A stretch of 64,000 bases of DNA from Azolla caroliniana (lineage: Eukaryota > Plantae > Polypodiophyta). The notes under the pieces are model-generated. The model was not told where the DNA came from. It searched no databases and was given only the letters and a program-made list of their open reading frames with translations. The stretch is taken from positions 22,630,001 to 22,694,000 of the forward strand of contig JBHGNT010000002.1 in NCBI GenBank assembly GCA_043228905.1, given 5' to 3'. Of this stretch, positions 1-11,627 are shown one piece after another. Numbering within the stretch: position 1 is the stretch's first letter; every line of letters begins with the position of its first letter. A program made the translations under genes and the position numbers.

Positions 1-2773
1 CTTGTACATCGAACCCTTCAATTTGGGAGTATCCTTGCGCTACTAGCCTGGCCTTGAATTTCTCCAAAGAGCCATCAGCTTTATACTTTACTTTCCATAC
101 CCACTTCGTGCCTATCACCTTCTTCTTTGTTGGCCTCTCTACCAACTCCCATGTGTCATTTTTCATGATGCTATCATATTCTGATATCATCGCCTCTTTC
201 CACTTCGGGTCGGCCATAGCTTCCTCCACCGAGGTCGGCTCACTCACTGAGCCTATGATGTCCACCATCAGAGCCATGTTGACAATGTGGTCAGAGGTTC
301 TTCCTTGCTCCTGTATTCTTCTTGATCTTCGTAATCCATCAGTTGAAGTTTCAGGAAACTCAACTTTAGGAGTATGATCATTGAAGAGTTGTTGAGCCCA
401 CTTAGGTATTTTCTTTACATGTGGGACGGGCATAGGCTGAACTAGTGAACCATTACCATCAGATGGTTCAGCTTCCTTTTTTGGATAATGGGTCGGGATT
501 GGGTAAAATACTTCTTCAGTTGATGAGATAACTTGAGAATTGTTGTTCTCAGCTAGCTGTGGTTGTTCCTCATCGAACACCACATCGCGGCTTGTCAATA
601 TCTTTCTTGCCTCTGGATCGTAGAGTCGATAGGCCTTTGACTCTTCACTATATCCGAGAAAGATACACTTTTTGCTTTTAGCATCCAACTTCTTTCTGCT
701 CACATCTGGAATATGTGTGTAGCACATACACCCAAAGGTTCTGAAGTGCAGCACTGAAGGTTTCTTGTCTGAATAAGCTTCTTGGGGTGATTTCCCTTGA
801 AGTGCCTTCGTGTAGCTCCGATTGAGGATGTAAACGGCTGTGTTCACTGCTTCAGCCCAGAATGGGTTGGGCAGCGCTTGTGCCTTCAACATACACCTAG
901 CCATCTCGACAACTGTTCGATTTCGACGTTCGACAACGCCATTTTGTTGTGGGGTGTAGGCAGTTGTAAGTTGGCGCTTAATTCCATGCTCTTTGCAATA
1001 CTCACAGAATTCTATTGATAAGAATTCTCCACCTCGATCAGAGCGTAGCTCCTTCACTAACTTTCCAGACTCTCGCTCGACAAACTTATGCCATCTTTTG
1101 AAGATTTTAAAAGCTTCAGCCTTCTCCCGAAGGAAGTAAACCCACATCTTTCTGCTGAAGTCGTCGACTATTAGCATATAGTAGAGAGATCCACCCATTG
1201 CAGGAGTCACCATTTTTCCAGAGAGGTCAATGTGTATTAGCTGTAGAGGAGTCTTTGCCCGATTTTGACTCTCTTTTGGAATGGCTGATCTTTGATGCTT
1301 GCCCATCATACAAGCATCACAAACATGACTTAAGTCAGATAGGGTTGGCAACCCAACTACCATATTCGACTTCTTCATCTCCTTCAACACAGCAACGTTG
1401 AGATGCCCAAATCTCTCATGCCATTGCTTTGTGTTGGTACTTGTGCTGTGGTCAGTAGAAATGGTAAACGCGCTCAGCTCATAGAGATTGTTGCGCCTCA
1501 CCCCTATTCCTACAACCTTGCCAGCAGAATCTGTTATTTCTGCACCCGACTTCTTGAATCGAACATCAAGACCCTTGTCAGTCAGTGCAGAAATGGACAG
1601 TAGATTCTTCTTCAGATCTGGCACGTACAACACTTGAGAGAGATGCTTTGTCCCACCGGTCGTTGCTTTGAGGGAGACGGTTCCGGTTCCTTTGGCCGGA
1701 CATCGAGCATTGTTCCCGACCACAACATTGATGGGCTCTTGTAGAGGTGTCCAAGAACTGTACCAGTCACGATTACTGGTCATATGTCGGGATGCTCCAC
1801 TATCGAGAATCCAAGACTCATCAACAACTTGAGTGTCAACTGAAGAACACACTTCTTCAGTTGCGACCCATAACTCAAGTTCATCTACGACATTGTTAGC
1901 GGACTCGGGCTCTCTCCAAGAAGTCTTATTAGAACCATTCTTCTCATCCGCCATCTTCTTTCGACAATCCTTGATTGTGTGACCCTTCTTGTCACAGTAG
2001 AAACATGATCCATTGAACTTCTTCTTCTTCGGTATCCTATTCGCAATGTTTGAATTGGATGCCCCTTCACCCTTAGTCCTAGAGACAAATGCTGAATCTT
2101 CCCTTTCTTCTCTTGTCTTCAGCCGAAGCTCCTCTTCAAGTAGCATTGCACTTAGTTCATCAAATTTTAAAGGAGTGGGTCGAACCTGAGTGTTCAATGC
2201 TGTCACAATGCCATCATACTTGAAAGGAAGTACTCGAATGCACCGACGAGCCATATCCTCTTGAGAGACGACTACTCCAACAGCCGCCAGCTGATCTTGA
2301 AGATCCTTAATCCTTTTTACAAAGGATTCTACTTTCTCTCCATCAGCGAGCTTCTCTGCAGCAAGCTGATTTTCGAGGTTTTGTATCCTTGTATAGTTTC
2401 TGGTCTCATACTGGCTGGCCAATATGCTCCAAGCTTCATGTGCCCTAGTTGTATGTTGCACTAGTGTTAGTACGGAGTCACATACACCAGTGACTATGGT
2501 ACATAGCGCATCAGCATTCCTTCTCTTCCAGGCTCGAAGTAGATCAGCATTTGGAGGAATTGATGTGGTAGGGTGTGGAGGGTCAAAGGTTGCCATGGGC
2601 TCAGGGTCTCCCCCTGTGGGTCCCATGATTGTTTCCAACAACTCGTAGGAATCCAAAATGGCAGACATTTTGAACTTCCATAGAGTGTAGTTGGTTCCAT
2701 CTAGCTTTCCATCAGACAATGGAGGTGGGCGAATGCGCAATGGAGCAGCTGCAACATTCGTGGACAAGGCCAT
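1..2773 (-). CDS. copia gag-pol polyprotein, open for at least 924 codons to the window edge
   Basis: Manual translation from ATG 2773: KLDGTNYTLWKFKM (gag), CFYCDKKGHTIKDC (zinc knuckle), WILDSGASRHM (protease), WHERFGH...CDAC and VDDFSR / RSDRGGEF / QQNGVVERRNR (integrase), GYSQIEGFD (RT). The frame at position 4 matches the start frame. Its absence from the ORF track fits a frame with no stop. Confidence 0.9.
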   Translation of the reverse strand, partial: MALSTNVAAAPLRIRPPPLSDGKLDGTNYTLWKFKMSAILDSYELLETIMGPTGGDPEPMATFDPPHPTTSIPPNADLLRAWKRRNADALCTIVTGVCDSVLTLVQHTTRAHEAWSILASQYETRNYTRIQNLENQLAAEKLADGEKVESFVKRIKDLQDQLAAVGVVVSQEDMARRCIRVLPFKYDGIVTALNTQVRPTPLKFDELSAMLLEEELRLKTREEREDSAFVSRTKGEGASNSNIANRIPKKKKFNGSCFYCDKKGHTIKDCRKKMADEKNGSNKTSWREPESANNVVDELELWVATEEVCSSVDTQVVDESWILDSGASRHMTSNRDWYSSWTPLQEPINVVVGNNARCPAKGTGTVSLKATTGGTKHLSQVLYVPDLKKNLLSISALTDKGLDVRFKKSGAEITDSAGKVVGIGVRRNNLYELSAFTISTDHSTSTNTKQWHERFGHLNVAVLKEMKKSNMVVGLPTLSDLSHVCDACMMGKHQRSAIPKESQNRAKTPLQLIHIDLSGKMVTPAMGGSLYYMLIVDDFSRKMWVYFLREKAEAFKIFKRWHKFVERESGKLVKELRSDRGGEFLSIEFCEYCKEHGIKRQLTTAYTPQQNGVVERRNRTVVEMARCMLKAQALPNPFWAEAVNTAVYILNRSYTKALQGKSPQEAYSDKKPSVLHFRTFGCMCYTHIPDVSRKKLDAKSKKCIFLGYSEESKAYRLYDPEARKILTSRDVVFDEEQPQLAENNNSQVISSTEEVFYPIPTHYPKKEAEPSDGNGSLVQPMPVPHVKKIPKWAQQLFNDHTPKVEFPETSTDGLRRSRRIQEQGRTSDHIVNMALMVDIIGSVSEPTSVEEAMADPKWKEAMISEYDSIMKNDTWELVERPTKKKVIGTKWVWKVKYKADGSLEKFKARLVAQGYSQIEGFDVQ

Positions 2774-2872
2774 TGATACTCTGTCTCTCTCTCTCTCTCT
2801 ATTTCTCTCTGTTGCTAGACAGCAACTACCCGTATATACCTAATCTAGATCAACCTCTTCGCTCTGATACCA

Positions 2873-3505
2873 TATTAGAAATATTGAGAATCGAGTAGAT
2901 AGGTATATAGAGTTACAACTGCAGAGATGGATATATGAAAACAGAATTTCTATTACATATGAGAGTAGTTCAAAATGGTAGTTTTCCCATGCGCTCACAC
3001 CTTAGAGCTTAGATAGGATATGGACCGGCTCACTACAAAATTAGTGGGGACTGATGATCAATCTTACCACTGTGTGAGAAAAGTGACTTATAATCTATGT
3101 TTGATCTTAGTATAAATGTGCAAGTCAGTTGACAGTAGTGGAGATATTCCTTTTCTGTCAACTGACTTGTCATTTAATATGACCCAACTCCCTAGGTACA
3201 GGCTAGTGCTAGATAATACTTATCTTGAAGTCAATGACGCATACTTCAAGACTAAGTACATCGTAACTTGCCCACAAAATATTCTAGCTGACTTGATTAG
3301 CCAATCCTTTTATCTATTTCTCTCTTTCCTAAATATATTGTGTCCTACGCATCTACGGTTTCCTAGATTAACACCTTATCGACCCATATGGTCGAGTTGC
3401 ACACTAGCCGCTCCTCATTTGGGGCGCTATCACAAAATGTGCACTCTAAGAGCACATATGGGGATAGATTTACAACTTGGGGCTGATCATTGATTATATC
3501 TAACA
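2873..3505 (-). repeat. 5' LTR (633 bp) of the left-edge copia element
   Basis: Begins TGTTAGA and ends TCTAATA (TA instead of the canonical CA); abuts the PBS. Confidence 0.8.
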
Positions 3506-3752
3506 CATCTCACTACCTAAAATTGTGAAGTGTATCTCAACATGTGAGACATCACCATCACCATGATTTGTGTGGTCATAACATCAAAAGATTGCTATGT
3601 GTTAAAATGGGTTCATAAGGGAGAGGTCTCCAAAAATGGTGACCAACTCTTGATGATAACAATAGGGAACTAGTCCATGAGATGTACGCTAGTAGTGAGT
3701 AGGGATTAAATTATATTAAATCAACCATTATCCCCTTTCATTTTTTTTCCAG

Positions 3753-3916
3753 GTATTACAGACTTGTATACCCATGTGGCTATAGGGAATGAAAGTGCAA
3801 TTAAGCTATATGACAAGTGTGGCTTCATTCAAGAATCAATGGAGAAATCATCTGAGGCAAGGTTAATGGGACGACCACCCCGTCTCCTTTTATGGCTAGA
3901 CCTAAGACAAGGATAA
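3753..3916 (+). CDS. Terminal exon of a GNAT-family N-acetyltransferase; resembles the plastid GNATs of the Arabidopsis At4g28030 type; upstream exons lie outside the window
   Basis: Polypyrimidine tract plus CAG acceptor (3751-3752), then (G)ITDLYTHVAIGNESAIKLYDKCGFIQESMEKSSEARLMGRPPRLLLWLDLRQG*. It contains the GNAT C-terminal motif V..N..A..LY.K.GF. The subfamily call is from recall only. Confidence 0.8.
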
Positions 3917-5089
3917 AAATGTATCATGGTTCTTTTTTATGATAATTTTTTCCCTTGAAAGCCAAGGTCAGGAAAAAAAATTGAACTCTTGGCCTTTGGT
4001 TGATGAGGTAAGTGTTATGCCATAAGATAGTAGTGATTTTGGTGTTTTGTTCATTAATTGTAATATTAACTTCTCTTTTATACATAACCATGCAATGTCA
4101 TCCTCTATGAAGACATTGATTTGTTTCTCTCGCATTTGTTTTTGTGTATTTTAAACACATTTGAATGTGTTGATGAAAATTACTATTGTGGTGCAATCAT
4201 TCACAAGTTTGGTCTTATCACAAGTTCTTTATACTCAACTCCGATCCATCACCAACATTAGAGAAAAATACCAATGCATCCTATAAAGTCTCCTATTTTG
4301 AGAGAGACAACCTAGAACAACAATTGGCCCACACTTTAAGCAGACCTCAAGGCCACTCAAAACACAATAACCGATGAAGCAACTCAAATCTTAAAACTCC
4401 ATAATCCACATTCAATCAGTGGATATTGACAAGGTAAAAATAAACAACATAGCTCAATGAGGAGTGGACCTCTAGATGGATTGCACTTCTAATGAAGAGT
4501 TCAAGGTCTTGGAACTACAAGATCAATTCCATGATAGCCAACAATGTAAAGCCCAACCAAGAATAGAGCTTAAAGATACAATTAGATAGTTGGTGGTTCA
4601 AATTATAGCATGAGCACTAGAAAAACATTGATATAAGGCACATGTTACTGAGATAGAGCCACAACTACAAATAAATGACAGCCACACCATCAACCATGGT
4701 CAATAGACCTACACTATAGTTATATAAACCATGATCGGCCTCTTGATCACCCCAAAGACAGCCCCAATGACTTAGAGATAGTTAAAGATAAGTAAAGTCA
4801 TCAAAAGTGTTTAAAACATACAAAAGAAGTGTATAAAAAAATGAATACTAAGTGAATGAAAACCACTGGTAAATTTTGGAGAAACCTTAAGGAGAAACAT
4901 TTCATTAATAAAATTCTTGACATCAAGAGTGGCTACTCAATTCCAACATATTGTGTAAAAAGGTATCAACATAGTGTAAAAATGGATCACTTTTGGTTCT
5001 AAAGGTCATATTTAACCTTTGAGGATGGCAATAAAACAAGCTCTCTCTCTCTCTCTCTCTCTAATGAAAACATATTAATAATGTGTGTG

Positions 5090-5590
5090 AAGAAAACTAC
5101 TTACAATGGGTGTCACAATGGAGTATGGTCACCCACTAACTACATGGGTGGTGGAACATGATGAATTGCCAATAGGCAAGACGAACATTCCACTAAGGAA
5201 AGAATTTCCACTTGCTCCAATAAAGAAAATCGCCACATTAGTACTCCCTTCGACTTTCATAGATATGCTTTGACTCTATGCCTACCATCAAATACAAAAG
5301 CATTGTGCATATCCCAATTATTCCATAATCCCAAATACCTCAAAAATCGGAAAACGATCTCCATCTTTAATTTTGGGCCAACCAGTGTGAATTGTACAAA
5401 CACCCAGTGTGTAGGCGTCAAATAACACCCTGATAAAACTTGCCAAATTTGAGAAATGTAACTCCAAATCTAACAAGTAGTCGGACATTGTATGAAACGA
5501 TGAGTACTATCTTCCATTTGAATAGTGCAAAAGAAGCAATTGCATGTTGCTAGTCCACATTGCTTTAGAGCTAATCCCAAAGGCAACCTC
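5090..5590 (-). mobile_element. Decayed L1-type LINE 3' fragment (zf-RVT region)
   Basis: EDSTHRFIQCP motif; 5290-5370 (reverse complement) aligns by eye with 42660-42745, the same family. Confidence 0.55.
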
Positions 5591-6146
5591 TCTCTCTCTC
5601 TCTCTCTCTCTCCCTCTCTCACACACACACATACAATATGAAGAGAAGATGGAAAAGCATGGTGGAACTCCAACATATTCAAAATGAATACAGAAAGCTC
5701 AAAATAGAGATGTCCTTGGTTTTCTCATTTTTAAGATGTCATTTAAGCGACAAGTTGTACATACATTTCAAATTAACTTAAAAGACATGAATACACATCT
5801 CCAATCTCAATTCTTGCTTTTAACATCGCTTTTCTAACGCATATTTAAATGTATGGCGAACAAGAATGAATGCAAAGGTATTGTTCTAGACTTCTAGTAG
5901 TAGACTCATACACAGATCAATTTAGGTACGCAAGAGCCGAGCTCTGATGATTCGGACCCAAGGGTTAACACTAAGGTATCCAAACCTAAGGATTTAACAG
6001 GAGTCTGTCTATGCACAACACGAAGAGACCAAGACATGGACCACCAAGTGCTTATTTCAAAGTTCAACCCCCCCTCCCCCATGGTTTAACACGCGGGCAG
6101 ATGACATGGAGAAGAGACCCGACCGACTAGAGAGGGTTTAGCCATA

Positions 6147-6243
6147 TATGGACACCCAAACATCGAGTGAGGCCAGAAGATAGAAGATATGGACACCCAA
6201 ACATTGAGTGAGGCCAAAATATAGAAGATATGGACACCCAAAC
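6147..6243. repeat. About 41-bp tandem repeat (about 2.4 copies) upstream of the mTERF gene
   Basis: ATATGGACACCCAAACAT(C/T)GAGTGAGGCCA..ATAGAAG repeated. Confidence 0.8.
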
Positions 6244-6404
6244 TCTTAAGATTTAGAGGGTTTATGGTGTAGTAGTAGATAGAAGATAAGCCAGAAGAAG
6301 AAGAGACAGGGCAGGTATGTTGGTTGGAAGAAGAAGAAGAAGAAGAGTAGATACACAGAGCGGATGATGGATTTTGATGATCATGCTTCCTCCCTCAGTT
6401 CGAT

Positions 6405-9400
6405 GTGATGATGACGACCTGCACGGCCATGTTGAGGCCTCCTCCCTTACCTCCTTCTTCACTCCTCCATCGCCCACAAGCAACCGCAATCGCAACCGCA
6501 GCCGCATCATCGCACCAATCCTCTCATTTCCCAACCCTCTGTTTCTGCACTTCATCTCCTCGAATCATCAACGATGCAGAGAAGAAGATCGATTTTTGGC
6601 CTCTCCAACCTAAACCTAAACCTAGTTATAATGTTCTTCAACAGGTAAGCCCCCATGATAAAGCTAACCCTGATTATGATGATGATGGTGATTATCAGGA
6701 GGAGGAGGAAGATTATTTTCAACAACCAGGCTTACATTCTAAACCTAAATCTAATGACGACGATGAGGAGGAGGAGGATCTTCAGCACGAAACTTTCCAA
6801 ACTAAAGATGAACTTAATGATGATGTTCCTAAACACGTAGTAACATTCCATTCTAAATCTAGACCAAATTATGATAATGGTAATCTTCAACAAATAACTC
6901 TCCAAGCTAAAGCTGCACCTAATGACGATGATGTTCCTCAACAAGTAAGTTTCCAAGAAAAATATAAATCTAATGATACTATATTCCCAGCCAAAACCAA
7001 ATCTAATGATGATGGTAATGTTTATGTTATGCTTCAGCAAGCAAGTTTTGCTCTGTCATTGTCTCTCCGAGAAGTTGGTCTCTCTCAAGAAGACTCTACC
7101 TTTGTCTCTTCCAATGCTCCTGTTACACTTCAAGCTCTTGTAGATGCATCTTTAGAGCTTGAAGAGCTCTCCATATGGACTTCTCAGAAGAAGCCTGAAA
7201 AGAAGACAAATATAGACTTTTATAGCAAGGTTTTGGAATTGTGCTTGGCTGATAGAGGTCGATGGCGATGTGGAGCTTTAATAGAAAGCTTCGGAGTGGG
7301 TAAACAACATATTTCTCGGATCACCCATATTCTCTCTTCCCAAAACATTGCAGGTTTGATGCAAAAGGTTGGCATTATTTTCATATCCATATGGAATTTT
7401 TATGTGCATTTTGAAACCCTAAACATTACACATATTAGTTATCTTGCGATGGAAAAAGTAAGATTGTTTATGCATTTTGAAATCCTAAACGTGAAATCTC
7501 AGATTTGATGCAAAAGGTTAGGAATCATTATCTATCATATAGTAGCTTGGATTTGGTGTAAAGGTAACAATCAACAACGGTTCGGTTCGGTTTGGTTAAA
7601 GAGTGTCAAAACCAAACCATTTAAACATTTTGAAACATGAATCGAATCGAACCATGAAACCGTTTAAACCGAACCGTTAGGTAAAAATCCAAACCATTAA
7701 ACCGTTAAAAAACTTGGTTTCATGGTTTGGTTTTGGTTTTCAACTTAGGTCTTTAAAATTTTGCATTATTTCAAATTTTAAAGATTTTTCCTAAAATGTG
7801 AGAATTAGGCTTTAAACTGAAAAGGTTGTTTAAAAAAATCATTTAAAAACCATCAAACCGAACGTTAAAAAAAACTGGAACCTGAACCGAACCATTGCCA
7901 ATTTTTATGTAAAGGTTATTGTTCATTTGTTTATCCGAATGGAATTTTCATGTGTAGATTTCTGTCTCTTTAAGTAAGCATTTAAAAACCCTAAGCACTA
8001 GATCGGCGATTTATGGAAATGTCTAGGCCCATTTTCACGTCCATGTGGAAATTTATGGTTACCTCTCATTAAGAGTCCATCATAAAAGCTTAATTCTTAG
8101 TTGTGGTGAAAAACGTTAGGTTTATTTTTATGGAGATTATGTCATGTCATATAATCACCAAGAACAGTTCAGAAGGCGTGAATTTGTTTCACCCAAAACC
8201 AAGTGAAAGAGTGTTCCTTATAAAAATTTCAATCTTTCTATTTACTCTATATAAATATAGTAACAATGATCTTAGTATAGTGTTAATATCACCTCATATA
8301 TCCTAATATTTTCCTTAGATGAGATTCCTCGAGGATGTTCTTCGAGATGAAAGGGATGATGGTATTGTTGTACGATCTCGTAGAATGATGCGTGAGATGT
8401 CGATCAGTCCAGATGATAGTCTTCAAAAGACTCTTTCATTCTTTGAAAAGGTTTCCCACAACTATAATCTTTGGTTTGTTTACTAGCAATGATGTGATTA
8501 TATACTGAAGTAAAAGTTGGGTTAATGACATATTTATACTATATGATTAAGTTTTTAGATGGAAGCAAGGCCGGGAGGTATCAGCTCTTTAAGCAGTCCA
8601 AGAAAAGCCCTACCATATTTTATTGAGGAATTTCCTCAAGTGTTTTGCCGTGACCTCAATACAGATCTCAAGACTCTTATGACCTACTTTGAGGAAATAG
8701 GTGTGCCAAGGAACAAACTTGCTTCAATAATTATGCTCTATCCTTCAATCCTTTTCTATAACAACATAGAAGAGCTTCAAAATAGATTGAGAACATTAAA
8801 GAAGGTGCCATCTTAGACTTCTTGATTTGTTGTAAAAAAATTTAGCTTTATGATTCTCAAAACTAATTTGTTATACATACAAATGCTAGCTTAATACAAT
8901 ATTTGCAGATCTAAACTTTCTTAAATTTCTTGCACAAAGGAAGCAAATGTAAAGCCGCGAGATTATGGCATGATGATTGTGAAATATCCCTGGATATTGA
9001 GCAGAGGTGTGGAGGATAATGTGAAGGAAGTTGTGGAATTCTTAAAGATAACAAAAGTAATATTCTTTTCTCATTTCCTGAAGTTGATTTGCATAATTCT
9101 TTTACCATCTTTGAACAAAGCATCACAAAGTTCATTGCTTATCGAAAAGAAATGTTAGTTTTCTTCTATGGGGTTCTTGTGAAAAATAACTTGGATCATG
9201 AAGATTGTTGGATAACATGTCCATTATCTATCTTAAGCTAAAAACGTTTTGTTTGCAATTATCAATACAATGTTGGAAGGCTGTACTAAGATTCTAGGGC
9301 AAGATAAAATAGTCTTACTATGGGCAAGTATTTGATATTATCAAGATTTTTGAGCAGTATGTGGATGTTTTAGTAAAACTTCCACCAAGAAGTGGACTTT

Positions 9401-10898
9401 TTCCAGGTTTCTCCAAGAAGTGTTCGACATTCCATTACAAAATGCCCCAATCTGTTAGGATCCTCCACAAGAACTCTAAAGGCAATGGCTCATCAGATGG
9501 TGTTAATTGGTTTGAAAACGAAGAAGATTGGGCATGTAATTTCCCAAAGTCCACAACTCTTACTAAAGACTCCACGAGCATTTTTGGAAGTGAGTACTTA
9601 AAAACCATAAAAAAAAGGAAATTCATAATTTATCTTCAGTTGCCAGTGTGTTGATTTGTAAGTCTTCATGAACTTTTAGATTGTGGGATTTTTGGAGAGT
9701 TTGGGACTCAATGAGGATGATATGCCGAAGCTTTTAGCTATGTCTCCATCTTTGTTTGCGTCAACCATACCATTCCTAAAGACGAAGATCAGATTCTTCC
9801 ACCTACTTGGAATACGTGATGAGCGGATGAAACTACTCTTGCAAAAGTATCCGAAAGCACTGTCAATGAGTGTGGAGCGCTCTTTGAAACCAAGGTACAT
9901 GATAATTTTTATTTTATGCGAGCCAATGTTAGCATTTTTTCTTCTCTAGTAATCAAGGAATCTTATCTCTAAAAATCCTAGCTACAGTACCTTTTCTATG
10001 TTCATCAATATGAACATTTCTTTTGATCAGGAGATTTGGCCCTACAAACCCTGCCAATATTATTATTTGCAATTTGATTTCAATTGACTGGATTTCTTGC
10101 TTGAAAAACGTGCCCTTTCTTACCTTGAACTGTAGACCTACGTGGCACTGTACATTTTATATTATTAACAATTTGATTTCAATTGAATATGGATTTTCAC
10201 ACAAAGGTTATCGAGTAATCTTTGCCATCTTATGGCAATGAAGAATGGAGTTGGCAATGGAACTCTTCACCTATAACTGACATAAAAACGGGCCCTATCA
10301 ATATATTATTACTTTTTTTATTGCAATTATGAATGTGGTTTTGGGGAGAAGCTATTAAAATTTTCCGGCAAAGATACAGCAGAGTCAGTATTTGAATTCA
10401 CAACCTATTGCATCCAAGGAAAGAAACTCCCTGAAGATCCTCTCAATTTGATTTTTGTTTTTTCCTTTTTCATGTTTACTTTGATTTTTTGTTTTAGTTT
10501 GGTATTGTGACTATGATTCATTTGATTTCAACAAAAATGCTGATATCTAGTGAAATGCCAACAGGGTATGGTTTTTGCAAAGCATGGGGCTCAGTAACAA
10601 AGACATTGCCTTCATGATATCTGGTTTCCCTCCTCTCTTGGGTTACTCGGTTGATCATGTTCTTAAGCCCAAGTTTGAGATCTTGAAGAATGTTCTTTGT
10701 CATCCTGTTTCGGACGTAGTTGTGTACCCAAGATATTTCAGTTATTGTGTGCAAAGGAAGATACTTCCTCGATCGAGAATCCTCAAACGATCCAGTGTTG
10801 AGCTAGATCTCAAAGCTATGCTTTCGAAAAATGACGATGAGTTCGCTGAAGAGCATCTTGGCGTTGGACGAATGCTTGTGCCTCCGTTGTCCCCTTAA
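6405..10898 (+). CDS. mTERF-family protein, probably plastid-targeted (resembles the Arabidopsis At1g78930 type); 7 exons
   Basis: Exons 6405-7367, 8319-8450, 8559-8804, 8940-9056, 9407-9589, 9680-9894, 10565-10898, all GT-AG with consistent phase. mTERF repeats KYPWIL, KCPNLLG, SPQLL, KYPKALSMSVERSLKPR, FPPLLGYSVDHVLKPK, YPRYFSY, and C-terminal MLSKNDDEF. Ser/Thr/Ala/Pro-rich N-terminus like a transit peptide. Confidence 0.93.
7565..7907. mobile_element. hAT-type MITE in mTERF intron 1
   Basis: Degenerate TIRs TAACAATCAACAACGG ... CCATTGCCAATTTTTA, exact 8-bp TSD TGTAAAGG (7557-7564 / 7908-7915), many subterminal AACCG/CGGTT motifs. Confidence 0.85.
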
Positions 10899-11277
10899 GC
10901 CCTACCTTCCAGTTGAAAAATTATAGAAAAAGAAAGTAGTCAAAGTTTCTGAGTAACAACCTATATACTGAAGGGTTCAAGATGTGGCTATGAAATTCAC
11001 CACTCTTTCTCTAAAGCCCTTCTGTGTGACATATGTACCATGTATAGGATGATTATGGTTGTATCGTTGATTTCATAACCGTTTGTGCATGTTACTCTCA
11101 TATAAACTTGAAGCACGCCTTTGATGTGTATCGGATATCGGTAATAACTTTGTTGCATTGGTCATTTTCCTCTTTTGGACACTAAGTGATACATTTTTCA
11201 TTTCTCATGTTAGATTGCTATCATGTATCTAATGTTATATGGTTTATGCATTTTTTCTATTTCTTTGCAAACACTAC

Positions 11278-11627
11278 TATATTTTGTATCATGTATCAAA
11301 TGAATCGCAATTCTCTGCCCGTACTAGTTGTTTTTTTGCTTATCTTGTCAAAGAAGATGGGTACCATATGTTGTGTCATATATCAAATGAATGACGTTTC
11401 TCTGCCCATATAAAGTAGTTCCTTTTTTGCTTATCTTGTCAAAGAAGATGGGTACCATATTTAGTACCATGTATCAAACGAATTACGTTTCTCCACCCAT
11501 ACAAGTAGTTCTTTTTTTGCTTACCTTGTCAAAGAAGATGAGAGCCATATTTTGTGTCATGTATCAAATGAATTATGTTTCTCTGCCCATACAAATAGTT
11601 CTGTTTTGGCTCATCTTGTCAAAGATG
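11278..11627. repeat. About 90-bp minisatellite, about 4 copies, downstream of mTERF
   Basis: Variants of TTATCTTGTCAAAGA recur at 11340, 11431, 11521 and 11611. Confidence 0.9.

Larger units (their letters stand above)
1..3505 (-). mobile_element. Ty1/copia LTR retrotransposon, 5' part (5' LTR 2873-3505, PBS, gag-PR-IN and start of RT); continues off the left edge; lies in an intron of the GNAT gene
   Basis: On the minus strand TGTTAGA starts at 3505 and the LTR ends ...TCTAATA at 2873, directly followed by the tRNA-iMet PBS TGGTATCAGAGC (2872-2861). Domain order is the copia order PR-IN-RT. Confidence 0.95.

Noticed and set aside
54-2700. Numerous short ORFs over the left copia element
   Set aside because: Antisense or off-frame shadows of the minus-strand gag-pol.
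3116-3493. 125-aa ORF
   Set aside because: Lies entirely within the LTR and has no recognisable motif.
6147-6243. Repeat array superficially like CRISPR
   Set aside because: Eukaryotic context; the units are whole tandem copies without unique spacers; no cas genes.
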